Source: Antedon mediterranea (lineage: Eukaryota > Animalia > Echinodermata). Taken from it: DNA of 64,000 nt. The stretch lies in the NCBI RefSeq assembly GCF_964355755.1, contig NC_092673.1, positions 9,424,001 to 9,488,000 on the forward strand, read 5' to 3'. Position numbers and translations under genes: made by a program. The notes under the pieces were generated by a model. It saw nothing but the letters and a program-made list of their open reading frames with translations. It was not told the DNA's origin and searched no databases. Positions 1 to 12,690 of this stretch are shown here, piece by piece (the stretch's first letter is position 1; the number at the start of each line of letters is the position of its first letter).

Positions 1-663
1 GTGGTTAAAATAAGCGCTTAATTTCACCCATGCCTCGGGTTATAAATTGAGCGTTGTTCGTACTTGAAATATTTAACCGCTTAAATGCTTAATCGACGAA
101 TCACAAACCGGAAATTACGTTTTAAGGTCAGTTGTCTTTACAACCTACGACCCCATGTTGCATATTTTTTACTCGCGATCTTTCTTTACAATAACAATTA
201 CTTGCTACCTTTTACACTGCTTATCCTTGCGACAAACCTTATGCCTCTTAACGCCGATAATTCTGCCGAAATATGCCTTCTCCTGACGACCATTATTTTA
301 CTCCTTTACGAAGAATTTGAGCCCAATGTTACACGAAACACCACCGACCAGCTAGGCCTACTAAGCGGTCTACACCAACAAGGACAGCACCAGCTGACGA
401 TCGCTCTCGAAGCGTGTATAGCAGAGCTTCGTAGGAGAAATGACGGGCCTAGGCAGCGAACGTTTGTCAAAATTTGACACATTGCCTCTATCGGAGATTT
501 ATTATCCTCGAAGGCCGAGTATAATTGGATTATCGCTGAAATAACCTGCAAATTTGGTGAACATTTTGCCTCGAATTTTTTGTAGCCTGAGGCAAAAGTT
601 AATTGGGTCACGCGAACAGAAATCGGGAATAAGCTGGTATTTTCAACCCCTACGAACAGGCCC
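1..663. mobile_element. Right part of a probable PIF/Harbinger-type DNA transposon (left end outside the window)
   Basis: CpG-richer block ending in ...TACGAACAGGCCC (reverse complement GGGCCTGTTCGTA, a Harbinger-like terminus). No partner TIR is visible. Confidence 0.35.
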
Positions 664-2050
664 CTAGTGTGAAGTATCATATTACAAACAAAAACTTTCA
701 TGGACTGTTTTGATAATAATTCAATGATTATCTGACAGCGAAATACAGTATTTTCATGGGACTCATAAATACCAGAAATGCAGCTGCTACCTATATAAAT
801 TATAGTGGAGTTTCCATTTTAACAAAAATGTCAAAGTGTAGTACTATACTGCTGCTTGATTTCATCTAATTAATGAGTCATCTCGTGTGACGTAGCGGGC
901 TAGAGCAGCAGCGTGAAAACATATGATATTTCTTTGTAAAACAATTCAACCAGTCTGGAGAAAGTTTGATTTAATGATTGTAACGTGTTTCCCTGCCAAC
1001 GAAACACGCCATCAATTTTCCAGTTGGATAAACATTGTTACAGGGAATACTAACAGCCTCATAAATGAACTTATTTCTATTTTCTGTTTTTGTATTTATA
1101 AGTCAGGTTTTAATACCTATAATAATTTATTAAAGGAAGAAAATGTTTCACAAACAATATGGAACGTATACAAAATGGAACTTTCCAATTTAATAAAATA
1201 TGAACACGCATGTAACTTTATCAAAGCTGAAAAAAAAATGGGCTAACGTAAAAGAAAAACTGATAGACTATTTTAGTACGTTTTGATAGTGATAAATATA
1301 TATCTATGCTCCTCCGTAATACGACGAGGATGAAAAAGATTCGCTACCCAATCGAAGATGAAAATTACAATAAAAACCCCAGTGGTCTAAAGGTTAAGAC
1401 AAATCTGCATATCAAGCAAACTGTTCCGGTTTAGAATTTCGATTTTAGCGACTTTTCCATCTTTATCGTTTTGAATTTTTCTGTGCTTGTGATGAGTATA
1501 TGTATAATATGTATATATTTAATTGAATTGAAATACTGTACAAATATTTTAATATTGATGTATAATTAATTAATTATTTTATATATTTAAATTACTTTTT
1601 TTAAATGTAAAATAATGAATTCAATGTTTTTATTACAATTACTTTTAACATTGTAAGATATAAACGAGAGGAAAAAATATGTTTAAAAAATATAATTTTT
1701 ATAACAGAGTATGATAATAAAAGTGGGACGAACCCACACAAGACAAAAAAAAACAAACTAATATAATAACAAGATTCTGTTTTTTTTACTGCATGTTTCA
1801 AACATTCATTTTACAGTGAGCACTAATATTTTTTGTGATGATCCTCTGCAATTGTGTTTAAATTGCTTGCTTTTAAAATTATTGAAAACAAAATAGACAC
1901 TGAAATATATAAGAATACAGTATGCCTATTAACTTTATCTTCTAATATAAATGCTAGGTGCTGTACCTATCTATTTATAGATTTGTGTATACTGCATTGT
2001 ATTATATTACTGTATTATCTTTTTGATTGCTGAACTTCAAATCATTATAA

Positions 2051-3260
2051 GGCCAAAAAAAAAAAATAGTTTGTTTGCTGTCATCCGCCGCCCCTAATTT
2101 CGGCAAAAATTTGGGGCGGAAATAAGAAAAAGTTTTTTTTTTACGTTGAGGGCGCTTTAAAAAAAAGTTTTTTTAATGATTTTTTTTGGCCGAAAAGGTG
2201 TAAAAATCGAGTGTGCGAGGATAAAACAATAAAAATAATAACGTAGCGTATATTTCGGTGTATAATCGCACTTTTGACACGCAAATTTAACCTCTAAATT
2301 AAGGGTGCGTCTTATACACCGAACATAAATGCCTCAACACACAGATATCGCCACCTCGTTGGCTAGGCCTGGGCTTTTTAAGGTAAGGCCTAGGCCTATT
2401 AGTATTACTAAAGTCTAAAGAGTAGGCCTAGCCTAGCTACGTGTACTAGCGTAACAGCAACCTGCTAGTTTTCAAGGCATTTTAGCGTGATTTTGTACTA
2501 AATATGATGAAAAGATTTGTTCATTATGGAGCTGTTTTAGGCGCTCCGATAAAATTTCATTTTAAAACGACGTTTACGATTGGAATAGTATTATAGTTAT
2601 ACGCACGACCGTCGTACCCCCAGCGCGAGCGAGCCCTTCTTGGCAACCACATTGTGTACACAGTATTCGACTAGTATATTCTCCAGTTGATTATAGCATA
2701 GACCTAGCGTACACACTTCTAGGATACATAGATACTAATCGAATACGATTGTCCGTGAAAACGTGCGCCTCTCGATAAAAGGATCGAGCGAGGCTAGCCC
2801 ACACACACGTGCGGTCATGCACTCGATGTTGCGGATGCTAAACTCATTCATAACAAGTTAGAAAGAACTGACGGAATATGGGGGACTTCCCTTCTTGTTG
2901 AGGCTGGGCGCGGCCGTCTTATACATCGACGATATACAAAATACCGATATTTTACTCTCAGTACACAGGTGCGACTTATACACCGAAATATACGGTACAC
3001 TAACTTCTAAAAATTAAAATATTTAATTAGGCCTGCTAACAACGACACGGGGCCTAACGCGCCCAAAACAGAATTAAAGTGTGAAACAAATTATGAATAG
3101 ATGTTTGAGCTCGTTGTTTTATTCAGTGTGTTTTGTTACTCTCAAATTCGCGAGCAATTAACAGAGAAATTAACATTAAAAAAAAAACCAAAAAAAATAT
3201 GCCCCCCCCTACCAAAAAAAAAAAACTTGACAGCAAACAAACAATTTTTTTTTTTAGGCC
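2051..3260. mobile_element. Non-autonomous TIR element with TAA TSD (PIF/Harbinger-like MITE)
   Basis: TIRs GGCC(A)nTAGTTTGTTTGCTGTCA / TGACAGCAAACAAACAA(T)nAGGCC; TAA on both sides (2048-2050, 3261-3263). Confidence 0.8.
2246..2995. mobile_element. Tc1/mariner (Tc2/pogo-like) MITE nested in the previous element
   Basis: TIRs (C/G)CGTATATTTCGGTGTATAA..CGCAC / GTGCGACTTATACACCGAAATATACGG, TA TSD, and internal repeats of CGTCTTATACA. Confidence 0.8.
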
Positions 3261-3425
3261 TAAGATGGAGATAAAATAAGAACGGCTAGTGACAACTAAA
3301 TTGCACTATTTTTGACATACATTCATTGGGCATTAATTTACATTGTAGTAGTTTATCATCCTTGTAAGTAATTTTTTTAAAACTAATATAGCTCAGTTAT
3401 TTACATTTATTATTCTTTTTAATAG

Positions 3426-3469
3426 ATTTGATGACATGATTATGGATGAATTAGAGGGATCAGCAAATG
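3426..3469 (+). CDS. Host coiled-coil protein gene, first exon found (FDDMIMDELEGSAN; may contain the start ATG)
   Basis: ttttaatAG acceptor and G|GTAAG donor. The phase-1 end joins in frame to 13730 (G+AT = Asp). Confidence 0.6.
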
Positions 3470-3899
3470 GTAAGAAAGAATTTCAATACATTATTTTCCT
3501 GTGTGTTGGACATCGTGACTTCACTTTGTGTTGATTCGCGACAAGTCAACTAATCAAAGGACAAGAATCCAAAATCATTCAACCGTGATCACTCACTGAC
3601 TCTCTTTTCCCAGATTTTTTTGGTGCTTAGACCTATCACTTAATCGAGTTTACAAAATATAAAAAATGTCAGCGGTAGATAATAAGCTTTCTGACATAAA
3701 ATATTCATTTGATCCATTAAAATTCATTCAGTTAATTTTAATTTCATTTGGAAATATAATAAATTTTTTTATTGCATTTAAAAACCATTAAATTTGTTTG
3801 CAACACAAGATATTTACAAACTAGAATTGAATTAGTCACTTTGACAAATTAAATCTATATACAGCGTAGCTACATACTGTATATTCTATTTTTTGGTTA

Positions 3900-6800
3900 T
3901 AGTCCAGATCCCTATGTCAAAAAAAGTGCCTTCGTGTGCAGAAAAAGTGGGGAAAGTGTAAACATTGTGTTTTATGAATATTTGAATCATGCTGGTTATA
4001 AAAACCCATGTGAATGGATCTGAAGTCAAGTGTGTTGAGCATGCAATTAAGTTACTAGGTGTCAATCTTGACCGTAAATTGTCGTGGCAGACGCATGTTG
4101 ACTGTTTAATCAAGCGCGTTGTACCAAGGTTGTTTTTTCTTAAGCAACTCAAGAGGTCTGGCCTAGATCTGGAACTGCTCCGATACTATCAAGCAGTGAT
4201 ACGACCAGTTCTCGAATATGCCTGTGCTGTTTGGTCCCCGAGTTTATCCAAAGCACAATCTGACCAAATCGAACATGTCCAAAGAAGAGCGTGTAACATA
4301 ATATGCCCCGATGGTACCTCGTATGCTGATACCCGCAGATACCTTAACATCATCACTCTATCTGAACGCCGCGAGAAGTTGTCAAGAAAATTCTTTGATA
4401 AAATGAAAAAAGAAGATCATATATTACACTCTCTCTTACCTAAACCTCCCACACACAACCATCAGCTCCGACGCGTTAGATCGTTCACCCTCCCCAAAGT
4501 CCGGACACAACGCACAAAAAACTTCATTACTTTCCACGGAGTTTTCAATGATTGGTGAATGATCAGTAACTGAGTTATGATAAGCAAATTGTGAACCCCT
4601 ATTGGTTTGTGTTACTGGATGTACTATGATGGCCATTGAAAGACTGATTTGTGGACTATGATTTATTTTAGTATTACTTGTTTGGACTGTGTTATATTAT
4701 GTGTTTACATATTTACTATTATATTTATGTCAACTTCATCACTGCTTACTTGATGCAATAAAGGAAATAAATAAATAAATAAAATGTTGTCAAATTTCTA
4801 AAATTCATCTTTACCTCTGACCTCAATTTGATAGTTTTGACCCATTGAAAACAAAATGATCATATCTTTGCAACGCTTACATTAAATGAAATAATTTTAG
4901 TGTCAAATTATTTGGGAGATGCATATTAATATTCGTTCTAATGAAAAAGTTTGTCCAAAAATGGCTGGAAGTATGATTTTTGGCATATTTGACCTTTGAC
5001 CTACATATCATATAACTCCATAACTAATAGTTGGATAAACTTTAAATAGGGTTCAAATTAATCTGAAGGTATATGTTTCTATTCAGTCTAATAAGAACTT
5101 TTACAAGAAAATGACCCGAAATATTTTTATTGACCTTTAGTAGTACATAGTAGTACATATTTCTATAATCTCAAAAACTATTGGCCGTAAAATGGTTGTT
5201 TTTGTGAAATGGTTCGAACAATTTACATTTATATGTTGTATAATAACAACATTTTATAGAAATGTAAAAGAATTCTATTTATGATCACTAACTTTATAAT
5301 TTATTAACATCACTAGCATTTGTTATAATATTAAAATGTGTTATATTTGCTGATTTTAAGCACTTCACATGAATTTATCAGAATTATGTGTATTTAATAT
5401 AAAGTTTATTTTTTTTTTATATAAAGAAAATTTAATTGTCTATCAAATAAGACTATTTTCAAATTATTATGGCTAAAACTTAATTAGATACAGGCAAAAA
5501 AGTGTATTTTTACTTGTGTGAACAGCGCCCTCAATCTTCATTTTTTTCCAAAAAATACCACATTTTTATGTGTTTTCCTGAACTTAACAGGTTATAACTT
5601 TGTTTTAAAGACTTTTTACAGTAACCTGTAATTTACATACCTCTTTCATAACGTACTAGGTCAGTTTCTGAAAAAATTGAGAAAAATATTCCAATAGCTT
5701 GATATTTTTGTTGAGGTGTGTATGATACACACAAAAAAAAAAATATTTTAATTTTGAGCTAAAAGTCCATCTTTTTGGTTTAATAAAAGCTATCTAGCAG
5801 ATATTAATACACAAAATTCATATTTTATTGGATAGATATTATGATTATCTTTCCAATAAAATATGCTGTTTGTGTAAGAATGGCTGTACAAGATTGTTTG
5901 TACTGGACCAAAAAGATGGATTTTTAGCACAAAATCAAAATCTCTTTTAGCATGCACCATGCACCTCAGGAAAAATATCAAGCTATAAAAATATTGTTTT
6001 CATTTTATCTCAGAAACTTACTTAGTACAGTATATGGTAGAAGGTGTATGTAAGTTACACGTCACTGACAACAAATCTTTTAAAAAGTTACAACCAGCTA
6101 AGTTTATGAAACCACATAAAAATGTGGTATTTTTGGGGAAAAAATGAAGATTGAGGGCGCTGTTCACATAAGTAAAAATACACTTTTTTGCCTGTATCTA
6201 ATTAAGTTTTAGCCATAATAATTTGAAAATAGTCTTATTTGATAGATAATTAAATTTTCTTTATATAAAAAAAAAAAAACTTTATATTAAATACACATAT
6301 TTTCTGATAAATTCATGTGAAGTGCTTAAAATCAGCAAATATGACACATTTTAATATTATAACAAATGCTAGTGATGTTAATAAATTACAAAGTTAGTGA
6401 TCATAAATAAAATTCTTTTACATTTCTATAAAATGTTGTTATTATACAACATATAAATGTAAATTTTTCACAAAAACAACCATTTTACGGCCAATAGTTT
6501 TTGAGATTATAGAAATGTGTACTAGCAGTACAGGTCAAAGGTCAATAAAAATATTTCGGGTCATTTTCTTGAAAAAGTTCTTATTAGACTGAATAGAAAC
6601 ATATACCTTCAGATTAATTTGAACCCTATTTAAAGTTTATCCAACTATTAGTTACGGAGTTATGATATGTAGGTCAAAGGTCAAATATGCCAAAAATCAT
6701 ACTTCCAGCCATTTTTTGACAAACTTTTTCATTAGAACGAATATTAATATGCATCTCCCAAATAATTTGACACTAAAATTATTTCATTTAATGTAAGCGT

Positions 6801-6985
6801 TGCAAAGATATGATCATTTTGTTTTCAATGGGTCAAAACTATCAAATTGAGGTCAGAGGTAAAGATGAATTTTAGAAATTTGACAACATGGGTTTTTATA
6901 ACCAGCATGATTCAAATATTCATAAAACACAATGTTTACACTTTCCCCATGATCTGCACACGAAAATACATAGGGATCTGGACTA
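3900..6985. mobile_element. Non-autonomous Academ-type foldback element
   Basis: Termini TAGTCCAGATCCCTATG / CATAGGGATCTGGACTA with 3-bp TSD TTA. Arms 3900-4011 plus 4784-5785 are inverted against about 5900-6985. TAG...CTA ends with a 3-bp TSD match the transposase-bearing Academ at 48980. Confidence 0.8.
4012..4783 (+). mobile_element. 5'-truncated CR1/L2-group LINE (RT C-terminal region plus 3' UTR)
   Basis: ORF 3989-4558 LGVNLDRKLSW...YQAVIRPVLEYACAVW, (TAAA)n tail at about 4765-4783, and short TSD ATGT. It interrupts the left arm of the Academ element. Confidence 0.9.
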
Positions 6986-7516
6986 TTATGATGACGTTAT
7001 CAAAATCAAACATGAAGATGGCAATTTCAGAAGATATTGATTTGAGCAAAAAGATATAGGATTTGGAAAACAAATTGACATGCAGAAGTGCAGTGCACGC
7101 TTTTTAAAATTTGTATAAATTTGACAAAAGCGATAAAAACTTTTAAAATTGAACTGGCCATTTGATCACAACATCCGAAAGGCACAATTTCTATATGATT
7201 CATTACATTTCAGCAGCCAGGGCTAGGCCGATAATAATTTTTTCCACCGAAAAAATAGGGGGAGGGGGTTGGGGCAGGGTTGCGCCTGACTTTGTATTGT
7301 TTAAATTCTGAATACAGTTTGTGTCTGATCTTTGTCATTTTCTTGGTATATTTACTTAACTTCTAATACTACCTACTTTCTTTTGAGCAAGTTGATGTAC
7401 AAATAATTACTGTTTATGAGTTGAATGGTGAGGATATTTCATGAGTTGAAAAATTAAATAGAGCAGTCAATTTTTCAACGAATGAAATATTCCATTCAAA
7501 CAAATACAAAACATTA

Positions 7517-8394
7517 ACTAGAATTTAATTCATCACTTTGACGAATTATAGGTGATCATTTTTAATTTTACTATTTAATTTTTAAAAAAGGCATGAAAAA
7601 ATCCTATTTCTTAAATTCAGGTAGCCAAATGATGATGTCATACCATTTTGTACTATCCAATGTGTACATGAATTCATATCTACAACTCATTGACTTCCAT
7701 AATATTTAAAAAAAATATGGGGTTACTGTGCATTCTGTAAATTGAGTTCTTTTTTTTAAATGCCTTATTTTCAACCATTTTCAGCACTTCTGTGCAATTA
7801 ATGTGCGCATTAATCCAACCTAAAAGTTGGAATTAACTCAAATTTGGTGAATATACTATTGATGGCGAGTAGAATGCGATTTGTACAAAAATACATATTT
7901 TTTACACTTTCTAAGTAACGTACGGGCAAAAACATGTTTTTGCGCTCGCCATTTTTTGAAACACGCAAATGATCTAATTCATGCTTTAAATTGATAAAAA
8001 CGTAATTCTGAACTTTTTTAATTGTTAATGTGCGATTTCACATGCATGACCTTGGAACGCGTAAGTTTTTATTTGCTAATATTTTTACCCTGGACCTGAA
8101 GTTTACATATAGTGAATTTGATTGATATGTTATTTTAGAGTTATATGATTGATAGTGTGATTTCACAAAAGGCCTATAATAAATGACGTCATGGATGAGT
8201 GATCATGCTGAAAAGCTTATTAGGATTAAGTTAAAATAGTTTACAGAGAGAAATAAAGAAGAATAATAAGAATAAAGATTTCATACATAAAAATAGGTGA
8301 TCATTTTATTCTAAATGATTATTTAATGATAATAATAATAAAGATTTTATACAATAACAATAGGTGATCATTTTATTCTAAATGATCACCTAAT
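7517..8394 (-). mobile_element. HINE/DINE-1-like Helentron-associated non-autonomous element
   Basis: On the minus strand: 5' subTIR TAGGTGATCATTT with an adjacent inverted copy (8361-8392), a TTA/TTC microsatellite, 3' subTIR, hairpin AATTCGTCA-AAG-TGATGAATT and a CTAGT end. Related ends occur at about 3820, 24548 and 29770-29802. Confidence 0.7.
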
Positions 8395-8409
8395 AATTTG
8401 TTTTATAAG

Positions 8410-9783
8410 TGTAACCCAGGTTTGTTTCCGCAACTTTATAATTAATCTTAACGAATAAATATAGCGCAAACGTAACTCAAATACAAAAACATCAGAACAT
8501 AAATTTAAATGGAACAAAACACGGTTTATTCGACCAAACTAGAATAAAATAAAAATAAAACAAAAGAGAACGGAAAGTATGACTTATCTAAGGCGCCGAT
8601 AAGGTAGCTACCGCTTCCAACGGCGACCTTGACCTCCGTCTTGCGTTTTTTGCCTTACGGTAGATGAATACAGTTGATTTATATAGCAGTCTATACAGAT
8701 AATTTCGGTGTCCGAGAACCAGTGGTTCTTCGGTAGCCTATACAAAGAGTCAAAATACAGTATAATAATACAGTATACTGTCTAAAATAGTTTAACATTG
8801 AATGTACCATAAGTACATTATCAGCCTTACATGGCAATAGTCATAAAACGACTTCATAATGGCAATCGTTGTCTAAAAAATCACATAATGAAAAAGGAAA
8901 ATAAAAACATTGTCTTAAAGAACAATAAATAAGTAAAAGAGGAAAATAACAATTTGCTGATCTATACAATGCCTATATGATATAATAGGTCTATCTTGAG
9001 CCTGCTTACCCTAACAGTAACAGACCAATCATGGAAACATTCCATTTGTAAAAATAGGTTTAAACATTAATAATACCGGTAATGTCACGTTAAGTTATAT
9101 ACTATACTGTAATGACTTCCATTAAAACAGCATTAACTGTAAATAATAACAACAGTAATAATAATATACTTATACAATAATGAACTTTAAATATAGAACA
9201 AAATAAATTGGTGTTCAAACACTCATCTATACAAAGAGCCAATATTCAAAATAAAACGAACAGTCTTCAATATGTACAATACAGTCGATCAAATATAGTT
9301 TTTTAGTGCAATATGCCAAACTAGCACAAACTTCCAATCAACGTGAACTTAAAACTTAGTTCGGTAATGTAAACTTCCAATCAACGCGAACTTAAAACTT
9401 AGTTCGGTAATGTAATTATACTGTAGTACAGTAAAACATATAGCTAGCTTTAAATAAAGTCATATATTTTAATTTGTAACACTTAGAAATGACCAGCACT
9501 TCAGATGGCATAATCAGGAAAAGAGAATGAAACATGGGAACATACCCTAATATTGGCCCAGTCACCTGACCAAGGCTAATCCCATTGGTCAATCCATGTT
9601 GCTGGGGAAAAAGCAAAGGGTAAACTGGCCCTTATTGGTCAGTGTCTATAGAAAAAACAGAAAGCTCTCATGCATTTAATACCACAAAAGATAAACAACT
9701 AATTAAAACTTGGGCTCAACAACAAAGGATAAAAAGATTAAAAATCTAATAAGGAAAACATGGTAAACCATGGCAGAGTTACA
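8410..9783. mobile_element. Solo LTR, probably Ty3/Gypsy
   Basis: TGTAAC...GTTACA termini with 4-bp TSD TAAG on both sides; internal tandem duplication of about 43 bp at 9328-9415. Confidence 0.75.
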
Positions 9784-10587
9784 TAAGACACCTACTTTTA
9801 TTCAAGTTATCCATCGTAAATCATTGACGAATGCTAGGCCGGGAAGCTAGGCCATTAAAAAGGGCAGTGTTCCAACTTTAGACACGGAGTAGAACAGCTA
9901 TAGACGACGCGCACAGAAAGCTGATTTATGAACGCGCTGTCAACAATGTCGCATCGCAACAATTCTCAAAATGTTTACAGAAAGCTGAACATGCATTAGA
10001 GCCATTCAATCACCATTACGTATCACTTTTTCATTAGATAGGGCTATATTCCAAATGACAATGATGCGTATTGACCAATCAAATGGCAAGAATACAATTG
10101 GGTGTTATAATTTCAAATATATACAGTTACATATTCAAATATATTGTATTGTTGAAATTACATCACATACATTATTCAAATCTTTTAGCCATGATGATGT
10201 CATCAATTGAATGAATGGGAATAATTAATTAACCAAAAACATCAATTCAAACACAATATCAATTGCGAATAGCCAATTATTAAAAGCTGTGGATGCTTTC
10301 TAGTCATAGTGTTAATTTCTGTCAAGATACAACTTTTGTTACATGGGAAGTACACTAAGATGGGGATCCATCCAAAAATGTCTCACATGTCTAGAATGGC
10401 ACCTCTAGTAACCCTTTCACACTAAAAGCAAAACCTCGTAGTTGACGCCCCGCTGTTTTCGGATTTTAAAACAGCAGGGTTGAACATCTGATTATTCTCC
10501 GGAGAGCAAACTGCTGAAAGGTCCAACATCAAACTCCAGATATATTGAAAAATATTCTTTTTTCCAAACCAATAATTAGTAAAAACT

Positions 10588-10636
10588 AACCTTGACAGTT
10601 TCGCTGTCCTAATCGAACAGCTTCTTCAGAAATAAT
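10588..10636 (-). ncRNA. Minimal hammerhead ribozyme in the Penelope pLTR
   Basis: Minus strand reads CTGAAGA-A-GCTGTTC-gatta-GGACAGC-GAAA-CTGTC, giving a CUGANGA core, a 7-bp stem II, GAAA and a GUC site just after the ORF stop. Stem I is weak. Confidence 0.7.
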
Positions 10637-10648
10637 GACGATCTATCA

Positions 10649-12690
10649 TCAAACAGACTGACCTCTAGAGGGCCTATTCTGTTTAATGACAGGGTCATAC
10701 ACGTGACTGAGTTGGTGGGTGCCCTCGTCTCTGTTGATGATTTGGTTTCCTCGTCTGCGGATCCAGATGGCTTCTCTGATGCGTCGGTTGTTTGTATCTG
10801 GTTCCCTGTCGATGATTTTAGGTTGTGTCCAGTCTATTATGTGATTTAGCTTGACGGCATGATCTGCTATAGCTGATTTGCTCAGTTCATTTTTTGATTC
10901 TCTATGTGATTGACGAGTGAAGTTCTTTCTCTGTTGGGTTATCTTTTCTGTTTCTTTTCTATGTTCTTTTAACCTTGTGCCAAAACAACGACCCGTTTCT
11001 CCAATGTAGGTGTGATCACAATTAGAACATGAGATTTCGTAGACGCAATTAGCCACTTTCAATTTGTCAACTTGGTCTTTTGGGTGGACAAGTAGTTGTC
11101 GTAATGAAGTGTGGGGTTTCATAGCTGTGTTGATGCCAAACACTTTACTAACTCGCTCCGAAAGTCCTGCTACATAAGGGACGACTACAAATCCTTTGCT
11201 TTCCATGGTGTTTTCTTTCTTCTTGGATGTTACTTTTTTATTTTCTTTCATTTTTTTCTTTACTTGGTTGAATGACCACTTGGGATAGCCACATCTGGAA
11301 AGGGCTGATGTTATATTGGCCTCTTCTGTATTACGATCTGCATCCATAGTGACAATGGAATTCATACGGTCAAATAGTGTTCTGATTATTCCCAGTTTTT
11401 GATGTACAGGATGGTGAGAATTAAAATGTAGGTACTGGTCCGTATGTGTCGGTTTTCTATATACTAAAAGTTTGACAGATCCATCTGGTTTTCTAATGAT
11501 GAGAGAATCGAGGAAAGGGATCTTGTTTTCATATTCTTTCTCGTAGGTGAACTTTATGGTGCCAGCTGGGTCAGATGAATTGAGATGATGTGTGAGATTT
11601 TCAACTTGGTCTTGTTTAACAATTTCAAGAACGTCATCCACGTAGCGTTTCCATAACCGAGGTTTACATTGTAAGGGTGCTGACGCTATAGCTTTCTGTT
11701 CTAGAAATTCTAAATACAGGTTCGCTACAATGGGAGAGACTGGGCTCCCCATGGCTGCCCCAAATCTTTGTTGGTAAATAATCCCTCGAAATGTAAAATA
11801 GGTGGTAGTTAGGACGAACTTTAATAACTCCATGATGTCATCTATCTCCAATAGTGTTCTGTTTTTAAGGTCATTATCCTCTTGTAGTCGAGATGTTATG
11901 ACGGTCAGGGAATCTTCTATTGGAATGTTGGTAAACAGAGAAACAACATCATTACATCATTACATGGGAATTGAAAATTTCATCCTCCTCTATCATGACT
12001 TCCGTAAGTTCTTGAGCTAAATGTTTTGAGTTGTTGATGTGATGTTGTGTGCTTCCTACTAAGGGGGAGAGAATATCAGCAACGGCTTTAGCGGTTTCAT
12101 ATGCTATGGATCCTGTATAGTCCACAATAGGTCTAACTTTTTTACCTTCTTTGTGTATCTTAGGTGTAGCGTAAATACGAGGGATGTTTTCTACCGTAGG
12201 AAATAGCAAGTAATACTGTCTGTTATTGATCTTATTCTGCTTTTTTAACCTAGTAAGAATGGATACCAACTCACTTTTATATCTGCGGGTAGGATCCTTT
12301 TTTAAAACTTCATAGGTTCTTTCATCTGCAAGCATCGTTTTTACAATCTGCTCATATTCTTCTTTGTCCATTATGACAGTGGTCTTTCCTTTATCGGCTG
12401 GTAAAATAAGAATAGGATCTTCTTTTTTAAGTTGAACAATGGCTTTGCGTTCTTCCTTCGTGATGTTAGGCTTCGGTGTTTTAGCACTACGGAGAATGTT
12501 AGCCATGCATGACCGGAGACTAGCTGTGTTGTTGCCTCTGATTTTGCTGCAGGCGTATTCGGTCGCTACAATGTAGTCGTCCACTGGTATTTTGCTTGGT
12601 GACGGTGCAAAATTTAAGCCTTTCGCTAACACGCTCGATTGTGAGTTTGTCAACTTGTACTTGGATAGATTTACGACCCATTTTTTAAGA
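10649..12690 (-). pseudogene. Penelope RT-GIY-YIG ORF broken by one frameshifting micro-insertion near 11950
   Basis: ORFs 11952-12653 and 10649-11851 are consecutive parts of one RT. The NSHDVVSLFTNIP motif is disrupted by a repeated CATCATTA. Confidence 0.9.

Noticed and set aside
85-701. ORFs 85-477 (+) and 306-701 (-) as host genes
   Set aside because: They have no recognisable domain or splice context and lie in a probable transposon end.
923-1435. Candidate upstream exon of the host gene
   Set aside because: Short open frames exist (for example ATG at about 1306), but the plausible donors are phase 0 and do not join the exon at 3426 in frame. A non-coding first exon cannot be excluded.
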